The notes under the pieces: generated by a model
Seen by the model: only the letters and a program-made list of their open reading frames with translations
What the model was told of the DNA's origin: nothing
Database searches by the model: none
Shown here: piece after piece, positions 36,664-45,274 of the stretch
Position numbering within the stretch: the stretch's first letter is position 1
Layout: each line of letters starts with the position of its first letter
Made by a program: the position numbers and the translations under genes
Assembly (NCBI GenBank): GCA_964464625.1
Contig: CAYXKD010000004.1
Location: 6,966 to 70,965, forward strand
From: an uncultured Syntrophomonadaceae bacterium
GTDB taxonomy: Bacteria > Bacillota > Dethiobacteria > DTU022
Length of the DNA: 64,000 bases
Direction of reading: 5' to 3'

Positions 36664-37212
36664 TTAATAAATGGAACCCCTCATAAGGTGCCCCAGAAAT
36701 ACAATCCCCATGATAATGAGCAGGATGAGCGCCCCTTTCCAGAGCAGCCCTTTTCCGCCCCTCTCTGCGCTCCCGTAAGCGAAACGAACCTCTTCAAGCT
36801 TCCCTTTCTCCTCATGGTAGAAGAAGATGCCGCTCGTCTGAAAGAAGAGGGAGTCCAGAAGCAGTTCCCGCCGCAGCTGTGACCGGACCGGAGCGCTGTC
36901 GCCTTTAATCACCTTCACCAGGAAGCTCTCGCCGCCCCTGGAGACGATGAAATCGCCTTCATAATTGAAGCTGTTCTCTTTTCCGCCTACAATCATGGTC
37001 ACCGGCACCGATGGATGGATCTCCTCCAGCCGGTAGCCGCCTTCCTGCAGCAGATGCCAGGCCTTCTGCTCCCGGCGGGTTAGCGGCCTTACAGCCCGCC
37101 GCACCGTATTAGAGCGGCGCCGGCCCTTCCGGTTGGCAATATAGAGGGCGAGAAATGCACCGGAGAGGAGGAGCAGCCAGATATAATCCTGCCATCGCAA
37201 AGGGATCACCAC
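36664..37212 (-). CDS. Hypothetical membrane protein with a possible PD-(D/E)xK / NERD-like nuclease fold, occupying the position usually held by argR
   Basis: N- and C-terminal TM helices. Central motif GDFIVSRGGESFLVKVIKGD. No confident family assignment. Confidence 0.35.
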   Translation of the reverse strand: MVIPLRWQDYIWLLLLSGAFLALYIANRKGRRRSNTVRRAVRPLTRREQKAWHLLQEGGYRLEEIHPSVPVTMIVGGKENSFNYEGDFIVSRGGESFLVKVIKGDSAPVRSQLRRELLLDSLFFQTSGIFFYHEEKGKLEEVRFAYGSAERGGKGLLWKGALILLIIMGIVFLGHLMRGSIY

Positions 37213-37273
37213 CAGGCGTACAACTATACTCTATTATTCGCCGGGCTACTTTCAATTCCTTTTTGATCTAGGA

Positions 37274-38070
37274 TTATTTTACCAGTTCGCTGTGGGCCCT
37301 CTTCACTGCTGCAGAGATCTTTTCTTCGAGATCGGCGGGGCAGGAGCAGGCGCCGCCGCTCAACTTCAGGTGGATGAAAAATTCCAGATTGCCCCTGGGC
37401 CCGGGAAGGTGCGAGAATGTAATAGCGGCGGTGCAGTAACCTGTGCTGCAGGCGAAAGCGGTAAGGTCGTGCAGCACCGCCTTGTGCAGCCGGGGATCGC
37501 GGATTACACCCTTTCCCCTGCCGGCATCGCGGCGCCCCACCTCAAACTGGGGCTTCACCAGGGCGAGCAGCCCGGGAATGGAGCTCTCCTTCAAAACGGG
37601 CAGGACCAGCCGCAGCGAGATAAAGGAGAGGTCGATAACCGCCAGACTGGGGATTGTGGGAAGATCCTGCGGCTTTAAGTGTCGGATGTTAAAGCGCTCC
37701 ATCACCGTCACCTGCGGGTGGCGCCGCAGCGCCCAGTCAAGCTGGCCGTAACCCACGTCCAGGGCGATAATCCGGTCGGCACCGCGCTGCAGCAGGCAGT
37801 CTGTGAAGCCTCCCGTGGAGGCTCCCACATCGAGGATGGTGAGCCCCTCCACATTTATCTCCAGGTCGTCGAGCGCCCCGGCCAGTTTTATCCCGCCCCT
37901 GCTGACATAGCGCCGCTGCGGTTCCAGAAGCGTAATCCGGGCGTCGCGGGGATAGAGCATGCCCGGCTTGGAGCAAGGCCGCCCCTCAACGTGCACGCGG
38001 CCTGACATGATTTCACTGCGGGCGCGGTTGCGGCTGATCCCGGGATAGCGCTCTGTAAGCAAAATGTCGA
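37274..38070 (-). CDS. tlyA: TlyA-family rRNA 2'-O-methyltransferase (S4 domain plus FtsJ-like MTase); start uncertain
   Basis: RLDILLTERYPGISRNRARSEIMSGRVHV (S4) and LDVGASTGGFTDCLLQRGA (SAM). ORF track extends to 38437 through low-complexity sequence and into dxs, which is implausible. Confidence 0.75.
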
Positions 38071-38079
38071 GGCGCCGGC

Positions 38080-38175
38080 GGCCCCCCTCCCGCCGTTTTC
38101 CCTCCCGCTCCCGCTCACCTTCACGCTCTTGTTCCAGCTCCTGCTCCCTCTCTTCCCGCCCCCGCCCCTGCTCCC
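38080..38175. repeat. CT-rich low-complexity tract (ctcccgctcccgctcacc ... ctcctgctccctctcttcccgcccccgcccctgctccctc) between dxs and tlyA
   Basis: Seen directly in sequence. Confidence 0.8.
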
Positions 38176-38178
38176 TCT

Positions 38179-40077
38179 TCAACGCGCTCTTTCCCGCGCT
38201 CTGGCTCCGGCGCCGGTAAAAGATAGGGCCTTTCGGAAGATCCCACCGGCATCGAGACCGTAAAGTTTGAGGATAAAATCGCGCGGCCCCTGTTCGACAA
38301 AGCAGTCGTCTATGCCCAGGCGGCACACAGGCAGGGTAAGCCCATGGCGGGAAAGGAGTTCCAGCACTGCGCTCCCAAAACCGCCGGCAAGGGTATTCTC
38401 CTCCACGGTGAGCAGGCAGCCGCAGCGCTTCCCCCATTCCAGAAAAAGCTCATCGTCAAGGGGTTTGATAAAGCGGGCATTGATCACCGCAGCCTCAACC
38501 CCCTCGAGGGAAAGCCTCTCAGCAGCCTCAAGGGCTGCGCCGGCCATGGTGCCGGCGGCGGCTATGAGGATATCTTCACCCTCCCGCAGCAGTTCGCCCC
38601 TGCCCCAGGGCAGCGGCCGCGGCTCCTCAAGCACCACCCCTTCGCCTTTGCCCCGCGGGTAGCGCAGCGCCGCCGGGCCCGGGGCGCTGTAGAGCGCGGT
38701 GTAAAGCATATGCTGCAGTTCATTTTCATCGCGGGGGGCCATGACCGCCATCTTTGGAATGGTGCGCAGGTAAGAGAGGTCAAAGGTCCCCTGGTGCGTT
38801 TCACCATCCTCGCCCACAATGCCGGCGCGGTCCACGGCAAAGACAACAGGCAGATCCTGCAGGCAGACATCGTGTATGAGCTGGTCATAGGCCCGCTGGA
38901 GAAAGGTGGAGTAAATGGCAACAACGGGCTTCAATCCGCCGGCAGCCATGGCGGCGGCCAAACCGGCGGCATGCTGCTCGGCAATACCGACGTCGTAAAA
39001 GCGGCGGGGGTACTTTTCTGCAAAGCTGCTCAGCCCGGTGCCGCCCGCCATCGCCGCCGTCAGCGCCACGATCTTTGAATCCCCTGCAGCCAGTTTTAAC
39101 AGTGTCTTGCCGAAAACCTCGGTATAGGTGGGGCTTGACTTTTTACCGTGGGGTAAACCGTTCTCCCTGTCAAAGGGGCCGATGCCGTGAAAACGCTCCG
39201 GCGCCGCCTCGGCGTAGCGGTAGCCCTTTCCTTTCTCGGTGAGAACATGCACCAGCACCGGGCCTTTCATCCGCGATGCCTGCAATAGGGTGTTTTTCAG
39301 AACGGCGATATTGTGGCCGTCAACGGGTCCAAAATATGTAAGCCCCAGCTCTTCGAAGATCATCCCCGGAGCGATGATATATTTAACTCCCCCCCGGAGC
39401 CTCTCGGCAGAATGGACCATCCTTTTGCCGATAACAGGAAGCCACCCCACCACCTGTTCAAATTCAGCTTTCAGGCGGGAGTATTTCGGGTCGGAGCGGA
39501 TTTTTCCCAGATATGCCGACATGGCCCCCACATTGGAGCTGATGGACATCTTATTGTCATTCAGGACAACGATAAGATCGGTCTTCACATGGCCGGCATG
39601 GTCCAGGGCTTCATAAGCCATGCCCCCGGTAAAAGCACCGTCTCCGATGACGGCGATGACCTTATTTTTAGCGCCGAAGAAATCGCGGGCCAGGGCCAGG
39701 CCCAGGGCGGCGGAGATGGAGGTGGAGCTGTGTCCTGTTCCATAGGGATCGTGCTCGCTCTCCGAGGGCTTGGGAAAACCGCTGAGCCCCTGGTAGCGGC
39801 GCAAAGTGGGGAAGCGATCCCAGCGCCCGGTAAGAAGTTTATGCGGGTAGCTCTGGTGCCCCACATCCCAGATGATCTGGTCGCCCGGGCTCTGGAAAGT
39901 GCTGTGCAGAGCCAGGGCAAGCTCCACCACACCCAGGCTTGGAGCAAGGTGCCCTCCATTGTCAGAGACAATCCGGATCATATAGTTTCTTATTTCCGAG
40001 GCCAGCTCTTTCAGCTCAGCATTCCCCAGTTTTTTTAGATCTTCGGGAAGCTTGAACCTGCCGGACCATTCTTTCAT
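38179..40077 (-). CDS. dxs: 1-deoxy-D-xylulose-5-phosphate synthase
   Basis: Full-length DXS homology with TPP-binding motifs. Confidence 0.95.
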   Translation of the reverse strand: MKEWSGRFKLPEDLKKLGNAELKELASEIRNYMIRIVSDNGGHLAPSLGVVELALALHSTFQSPGDQIIWDVGHQSYPHKLLTGRWDRFPTLRRYQGLSGFPKPSESEHDPYGTGHSSTSISAALGLALARDFFGAKNKVIAVIGDGAFTGGMAYEALDHAGHVKTDLIVVLNDNKMSISSNVGAMSAYLGKIRSDPKYSRLKAEFEQVVGWLPVIGKRMVHSAERLRGGVKYIIAPGMIFEELGLTYFGPVDGHNIAVLKNTLLQASRMKGPVLVHVLTEKGKGYRYAEAAPERFHGIGPFDRENGLPHGKKSSPTYTEVFGKTLLKLAAGDSKIVALTAAMAGGTGLSSFAEKYPRRFYDVGIAEQHAAGLAAAMAAGGLKPVVAIYSTFLQRAYDQLIHDVCLQDLPVVFAVDRAGIVGEDGETHQGTFDLSYLRTIPKMAVMAPRDENELQHMLYTALYSAPGPAALRYPRGKGEGVVLEEPRPLPWGRGELLREGEDILIAAAGTMAGAALEAAERLSLEGVEAAVINARFIKPLDDELFLEWGKRCGCLLTVEENTLAGGFGSAVLELLSRHGLTLPVCRLGIDDCFVEQGPRDFILKLYGLDAGGIFRKALSFTGAGARARERAR

Positions 40078-40088
40078 CCACTGTCACC

Positions 40089-40685
40089 TCATCTGGTTTT
40101 TCGTAAAAGGAGCCTGTCCCGCATGCTTTCCAGCCTCGTTAAGGTTTCCCCGACAAAAGTAATAATTTCGGTTGAGCGGTTGATAGCCACATTCTTGCCC
40201 CAGGCTTTCCCCCCCACAGTCAGCGCCGCCACCAGCGCAGTCAATAATATCCCGCCGTAGATCTCCGCCGGTTCATAAAGATCCGTAATGGTTAGCTGCG
40301 AGATAATCACCGCCGCCAGCGTTCCGCTGACAATACCGCTGATATCACCGATAACATCATTGCAGAAACTGGCCACCTGATCAGCATGCTGGACCAGCTC
40401 CACGGCCCGCCGGGCGCCGTATACCTTACGGGAGGCCCTGGCATTGAAATGAGCCTGGTCCGCGGCGGCGGCGGCAGTGCCGATTATGTCAAAGACTACC
40501 CCGAGGGCAATAACGGCACAGAGCACCAGAAAAGAAAGTATCAGCGAATAGACTGCATCAAGCAGCAACCGCGTTACGATACCGATAAGCACCGCCAGGA
40601 TAAAAGACCAGATGGTGATTCCTGCTATCCAGCGCCCGGAGGGGCTGCTGCGTTTGCCTTTAGCCAACTCATCACCAGTTCGCAC
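40089..40685 (-). CDS. oapA: OapA-like OLE-associated integral membrane protein (4 TM)
   Basis: About 200-aa polytopic membrane protein immediately downstream of the OLE-like RNA locus and upstream of dxs, the canonical OLE/oapA arrangement. Confidence 0.55.
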   Translation of the reverse strand: MRTGDELAKGKRSSPSGRWIAGITIWSFILAVLIGIVTRLLLDAVYSLILSFLVLCAVIALGVVFDIIGTAAAAADQAHFNARASRKVYGARRAVELVQHADQVASFCNDVIGDISGIVSGTLAAVIISQLTITDLYEPAEIYGGILLTALVAALTVGGKAWGKNVAINRSTEIITFVGETLTRLESMRDRLLLRKTR

Positions 40686-40776
40686 CGGCTCTGCCGTGAG
40701 CCCGCTGCGTTATTTCAGGTTAATCATCTTGCCGCCCGGATATACTCCGGCTGCCGGGCGCTCCCCGGATAAACTG

Positions 40777-41349
40777 TAAAAAAAACATAAGTGGTAGCAG
40801 GCCAGATAAACGTTGCGGCTTAGGTCCAGCAGGTTTTCCCGAACAATCGCCCTCCGTCACCGGCAAGGCAGTTCCCTTTTCAGATTATTCCCGCCATGTC
40901 ACCAATGGCAGAGCTGGATTGCCACTTAGCTCACACTGTAATCCCTGACTTGCCTCTCTTGCGAGAACAGTCTAGAAGATTTCCTCCCTGGCTCCTGACC
41001 TCTCCTAGCCTCTTTTGCAGTGTGGGTTTCAGGAAATTTCTCCTCCCCCCGCCCACACCACTCAAGGCAGGCTACACTGCACCCAGCTTTCACCGCATGC
41101 AGGTTCATTCCCAAGCAGTAACCGTAGCCGTCAGGCATCCGGCCACCATCATTGGGTCTCCGCGAAGGCAGGGTCAACGCCTACATGCCTTTGTAGATCG
41201 CCCCGTCCTTCTTAACTCCCAGCACCGACCCCCAACTGGGCGTCGGCAGCCGGCACCAGGAACTTCATCGATGTGCCCTCAACGGATTTTTAGGCCCGTT
41301 TTCGAAGAGGGGGAGCCAACTAGAATACTGCACCACTTATGCCTCTTGT
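40777..41349 (-). ncRNA. ole: Candidate OLE (ornate large extremophilic) RNA, about 575 nt
   Basis: About 760-bp region with no credible ORF. Strong promoter TTGAGA-17-TGcTATAAT (complement 41356-41384). The 5' end (gcataagtggtg) pairs with the 3' end (ctaccacttatg), which is followed by a run of eight U. Sits between ispA/folD and oapA-dxs. Confidence 0.6.
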
Positions 41350-41355
41350 TGAAAA

Positions 41356-41384
41356 ATTATAGCACAACCCTTTTCCTTTCTCAA
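41356..41384 (-). promoter_or_regulatory. Sigma-A-type promoter (TTGAGA, 17-nt spacer, extended -10 TGCTATAAT) driving the OLE-like RNA
   Basis: Minus strand reads cTTGAGAaaggaaaagggttgTGCTATAATt. Confidence 0.65.
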
Positions 41385-41444
41385 GACGGCTGGAGCACCG
41401 CTGTACTCCCTGTTCCCATCCTGAAAGCCCTGGAAGCGGAGAAA

Positions 41445-42821
41445 TTAAATCACCAGGCCCTCATTGAGATGATTGCAGTTTGTAGCTATGGCATTCATGG
41501 CCGCCGCATTTATGGGATAGGCGATGGGCGACGGCGAGACCAGGGGATGCGTTGCCGTCTGGAATGTATTGAGCTCCGTTGCGGTGATATCTTTTAGTAT
41601 GGCCAGGCTTAAAATGTTGATGATCTCGGCAACGGTATTCCCGCCGGAAATCTGCGCGCCCAGGATGATCCCGGAGCATCTTGAAAAGATCATCTTGATC
41701 TTGACTTCCTGGGCATCGGGCAGGGAGCCGGGGTGGCGGTCCATGGTCTTGAACTCGCCGACCATAAGGCAGTACCCCTCCTGCTTCGCCCTGGCCTCCG
41801 TCAGGCCGGCCGCCGCAAAGGTTTTACCGAATATCTTCGTGGAAAAGGTGCTGATGGTACCTTTGTTGGCGCGGATTAGCCTTAGCTGGAAGGCATTGCT
41901 GCCCGCTATCTTCGCCTCCATCGCCGCCGTTGAAGCCAGGAGCAGCGGCACATCTTTCCCTGTAAAGAAACATTTCTTCTCGGCGCAGTCGCCCACGGCG
42001 AATATATCGGGATCGCTTGTTCTCATATACTGATCAACCACGATGGCGCCCTTGGCATTCATCTCCAGGCCGCAATCCCTCCCCAGCGCTCCATGGGGCT
42101 TCATGCCCAACCCCAGGATGACCATGTCGGCGGGAATGATCCGGCCGTCCTCCAGTTCGAGGGCCTCTACAGATTTTTCGCCCACTATTCTTTTGACCTT
42201 TGTTTTTGTCATCACCTCAATGCCGCGCCCGCTCATCTGCGCCTCAATGTCATCGGTGAAACTCTTGTCAAAAGCCTGCCATAGAAGGGAGTCCGCCATT
42301 TCGACCAGCATAACATTCTTCTCCAGCAACCTGATCTGCTCTGCAAATTCAACGCCGATAAAGCCGCCCCCGATAACGGCAACATTCCGGGCAGATTCCA
42401 GATTATCGAAAATCTTCTGCAGGTAAACTTCATCTTTCGTTATGGGATAGACATTCTCCAGATCGTAACCGGGAATAAATGTGGGGATAATGGGCAGAGA
42501 ACCGGTAGCCAGAACCAGCTTTTTATAGCTAAAAACTCCATTGTCCCTGGTGGTTACGGTCTTCTGCTCCCTCTCTATTTCAAGTGCGCTGTCGATAACA
42601 ATATTCACATCGGCATTGGTGAGCATGGCATCGGGAATAACATTTTTCTTCAGATCGCGCAGTGTCCCGAAGATATAGGGTATTCCACAGGGCACCATTA
42701 CTGTTTCGGTTTCACGGATCAGGGTGATATCGATGAGATCACCGTACGCCTTCCGCGCCATCGTAGCGGTCAGGATCCCGCCCGCGCTTCCTCCAATCAC
42801 CAGCAGATCTGTTTTTTTCAT
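41445..42821 (-). CDS. FAD-dependent pyridine nucleotide-disulfide oxidoreductase (NADH oxidase / CoA-disulfide reductase family)
   Basis: GGSAGG FAD site, redox Cys in VPCGIPY, second Rossmann VIGGGFIG. Start MKKTDLLVIGG with RBS AGGAGGAGG. Noticeably lower GC than the flanks. Confidence 0.8.
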   Translation of the reverse strand: MKKTDLLVIGGSAGGILTATMARKAYGDLIDITLIRETETVMVPCGIPYIFGTLRDLKKNVIPDAMLTNADVNIVIDSALEIEREQKTVTTRDNGVFSYKKLVLATGSLPIIPTFIPGYDLENVYPITKDEVYLQKIFDNLESARNVAVIGGGFIGVEFAEQIRLLEKNVMLVEMADSLLWQAFDKSFTDDIEAQMSGRGIEVMTKTKVKRIVGEKSVEALELEDGRIIPADMVILGLGMKPHGALGRDCGLEMNAKGAIVVDQYMRTSDPDIFAVGDCAEKKCFFTGKDVPLLLASTAAMEAKIAGSNAFQLRLIRANKGTISTFSTKIFGKTFAAAGLTEARAKQEGYCLMVGEFKTMDRHPGSLPDAQEVKIKMIFSRCSGIILGAQISGGNTVAEIINILSLAILKDITATELNTFQTATHPLVSPSPIAYPINAAAMNAIATNCNHLNEGLVI

Positions 42822-42863
42822 TTTCCTCCTCCTTGGATAATGTTCCAGGTTGAATATACTCAA

Positions 42864-42990
42864 TTATACTTCAACACCTTTAACCGGGCAACCGCCACCA
42901 AACTTGGTAAACCGGTGCCAGGCACCGGTTTACTAAAATAGCTAAGTGAACTGGTGCCTGGCACCGGTTCACCTGGGCTCAGGCTCAAGA
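42864..42990. repeat. Left copy of an approximately 130-bp direct repeat (ttatacttcaacacYtttaacMgggcaaccgcc plus two palindromic units plus ggctcaag) flanking the AT-rich exporter gene
   Basis: Aligns with 44136-44275. Contains palindrome units D1 (42907-42933) and D2 (42946-42972). Confidence 0.85.
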
Positions 42991-44034
42991 AGCCAGATCA
43001 AATTCAATGATTAGCTGTTCCAGTTTCTCATTTATGCGTAGCGCTTCAGAATATACATTGTAGAATTCAAAAATACATTCACGATTATCTGCCTTGATGA
43101 GTTCCATGATCTTTTCTCGCATCTTTTCTCTATCGATACATCCCTTAACTTTTTGATACTCCTCGTTTAGAGCGATGTTGTTGTAGATATGCTTATGTAC
43201 AGTTAACAGGTATCTTAGATATCCATGTAAATCCTGACGTATCTCATGATATTGGGGACCTTCAGGCATAAAAATGATACTTCTGTGTAAAGCTGTCAGC
43301 CGTTCAAGGTTTGATTGAATGGCATTAATGGAGCGCCGGTATTTTTTTAAAAACAGCTTCTTTTTGGACCGGTTGTCCCTGGTCAGGAAGACATCGTCCA
43401 TCAAAAGGGAAAATATATCTCGGACATCATCCAATTCATCCCTGATCATTTGTCTTTTGTTTTTAATGATATCTTTTTCTACGTTTTTATCCCTCAAAAT
43501 ATCACTGATCACGCTGCTGTACAGGCACTCAAACTTTATGCGCAGTTCATTGATTTTGCTCTTCAGGTCTTCTGTATAATCAGGGGGCAAAAATACAATA
43601 TTTAGACCCGTGGAAACAGTCAGACCGATTAAAATTCCTGAAACGCGATAAACGATCTGCATAACATCAAAACTGCTAATGGTTCCAAGGGCTACCAGGG
43701 TTACCAGGGCAAACCTGATGCTCTCATTCAATTTTAGTTGTAAGCATATCAGGATAATGGCTATACTGCCCAGCCCAAGATAAAAAGCATTCAGTCCCAG
43801 AGTCAAGGCCAGTACAAATGCTATGATAGCGCCAATAAAGGTGGCGATTATTCTATTTCTGAAAGTCTGCAGGCTTCCCTTAATGGAGGGTTGCATCGAT
43901 ATTATCGCTGTTATAGCCGCTATCCCGGCAATATTGTAGCTTTCCGCACCAATCTTCGCTTCCAAAAGATTAACCAATAAAACTGTTAAAGTAACCACCA
44001 AACCTGTTTTAACTGTCCGGGCTCCAATTTTCAT
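42985..44034 (-). CDS. Aromatic acid exporter (ArAE/FUSC, YgaE/YqjA-like) family membrane protein, AT-rich, probably horizontally acquired
   Basis: MKIGARTVKTGLVV... N-terminus typical of Bacillus YgaE-like proteins. GC about 38-40% against about 63% surroundings. Confidence 0.75.
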   Translation of the reverse strand: MKIGARTVKTGLVVTLTVLLVNLLEAKIGAESYNIAGIAAITAIISMQPSIKGSLQTFRNRIIATFIGAIIAFVLALTLGLNAFYLGLGSIAIILICLQLKLNESIRFALVTLVALGTISSFDVMQIVYRVSGILIGLTVSTGLNIVFLPPDYTEDLKSKINELRIKFECLYSSVISDILRDKNVEKDIIKNKRQMIRDELDDVRDIFSLLMDDVFLTRDNRSKKKLFLKKYRRSINAIQSNLERLTALHRSIIFMPEGPQYHEIRQDLHGYLRYLLTVHKHIYNNIALNEEYQKVKGCIDREKMREKIMELIKADNRECIFEFYNVYSEALRINEKLEQLIIEFDLAS

Positions 44035-44135
44035 TAAAGATCAATCACCGTTCCTTCTTATATTTACGTCAAGCTATTTTTACATATTATCATACATGCC
44101 ACGATCATGACATTAGCTTACGCGGCCATTCTCCC

Positions 44136-44275
44136 TTATACTTCAACACTTTTAACAGGGCAACCGCCGTAAAACTTAGTAAACTGGTGCCTGGCACCGG
44201 TTTACTAAAACAGCTACGCCCCCCGGCTCAAGTTAAACTTAGTGAACTGGTGCCTGGCACCGAGTTCACTAAGTT
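44136..44275. repeat. Right copy of the approximately 130-bp direct repeat, containing palindromic units E1 (44178-44204) and E2 (44243-44269)
   Basis: Seen directly in sequence. Confidence 0.85.
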
Positions 44276-44302
44276 CAGTAATAGCTGCAGGGGGGTGACG
44301 TA

Positions 44303-44340
44303 AATAAAAAGCACAGCGCCCGGTATCAATCGCCGGGCGC
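44303..44340 (-). terminator. Rho-independent terminator downstream of folD
   Basis: Minus strand reads gcgcccggc-gattgata-ccgggcgc followed by tgtgctttttattta. Confidence 0.7.
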
Positions 44341-44348
44341 CCGTAAAA

Positions 44349-44392
44349 ATTAGTAAACTTGGTGCCTGGCACCGAGTTTACCGGGTTTACTA
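44349..44392. repeat. Palindromic repeat copy F (agtaaacttggtgcctggcaccgagtttac plus an extra gtttac), overlapping the folD stop codon
   Basis: Seen directly in sequence. Confidence 0.85.
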
Positions 44393-45247
44393 ATTTTGTT
44401 GCATTTCGCAGGCCATGACGGTGTGCTTGCAGAGTACGATGGTGGTAACGGAGCCCACTCCGCCGGGAACGGGGGTGATTTTTTCGACCAGCGGCTCCAC
44501 CGCGGCAAAGTCCACATCGCCGCAGTATTTGCCGGGATTGTCGGGATCGGCGTTGATGCCCACATCAACGACGATCTGCCCCGCTTTGACGTAGCTGCTG
44601 CCGATCATCTTGGCCCGCCCGATGGCGGCTACAAGGATATCGGCCTCGGCGCAGACCTTGTCCAGGTTCTCAGTGCGCGAATGGCAGATGGTGATGGTGG
44701 CATGCTCACGCATGAGCAGCATGGCCACAGGTTTGCCCACAACAAGGGAGCGGCCCACCACGGTGACCTTTTTCCCCTTCAGCGGGATATCGTAGAATTT
44801 CAGCATCTCCATGCAGGCGGTGGGGGTGCAGGGGGGGAAGCCTGTCACATCATCGGCAAAAACCTTCCCCGCGCTGCCCAGGGTCATGCAGTCCACATCC
44901 TTCTCCACAGGAATGAGCTGGCGGATCTTCTTCTCGTCCAGATGCTTCGGCAGCGGGGCAAACATGAGGATGCCGTGGATGGAGCTGTCGGCGCCCACAT
45001 CAGTAACCGCTTTTTCCAGCTGCTCCTGGCCAATATCCTCGGGGTGCTCAAAGATCTCAAAAGCAAGCCCGACCCCTTCACTGGTCTTCTTGATGCCGCC
45101 CTCGTAGAAAAGATCATCGGGGTTGGCACCCACACGGATAATCCCGATCTTGGGAGTAACCCCTTTTGCTTTCAGGGCCTCCACCCTTTTTACAAGATCT
45201 TCCTTCATGGCATCGACTACCGGTTTTCCTCTCAATCTTTCAGCCAT
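44390..45247 (-). CDS. folD: Bifunctional methylenetetrahydrofolate dehydrogenase/cyclohydrolase
   Basis: Full-length FolD homology. Confidence 0.95.
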   Translation of the reverse strand: MAERLRGKPVVDAMKEDLVKRVEALKAKGVTPKIGIIRVGANPDDLFYEGGIKKTSEGVGLAFEIFEHPEDIGQEQLEKAVTDVGADSSIHGILMFAPLPKHLDEKKIRQLIPVEKDVDCMTLGSAGKVFADDVTGFPPCTPTACMEMLKFYDIPLKGKKVTVVGRSLVVGKPVAMLLMREHATITICHSRTENLDKVCAEADILVAAIGRAKMIGSSYVKAGQIVVDVGINADPDNPGKYCGDVDFAAVEPLVEKITPVPGGVGSVTTIVLCKHTVMACEMQQN

Positions 45248-45274
45248 TATCCCAACCTCCCATTTGTATAATAT

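Noticed and set aside
40896-41597. 233-aa plus-strand ORF (and an 83-aa minus ORF) inside the OLE-like interval
   Set aside because: Low-complexity Pro/Arg/Ser-rich translation with no RBS. It is antisense to a strong promoter/terminator pair and overlaps the nox gene start. It is better explained as a non-coding RNA locus.
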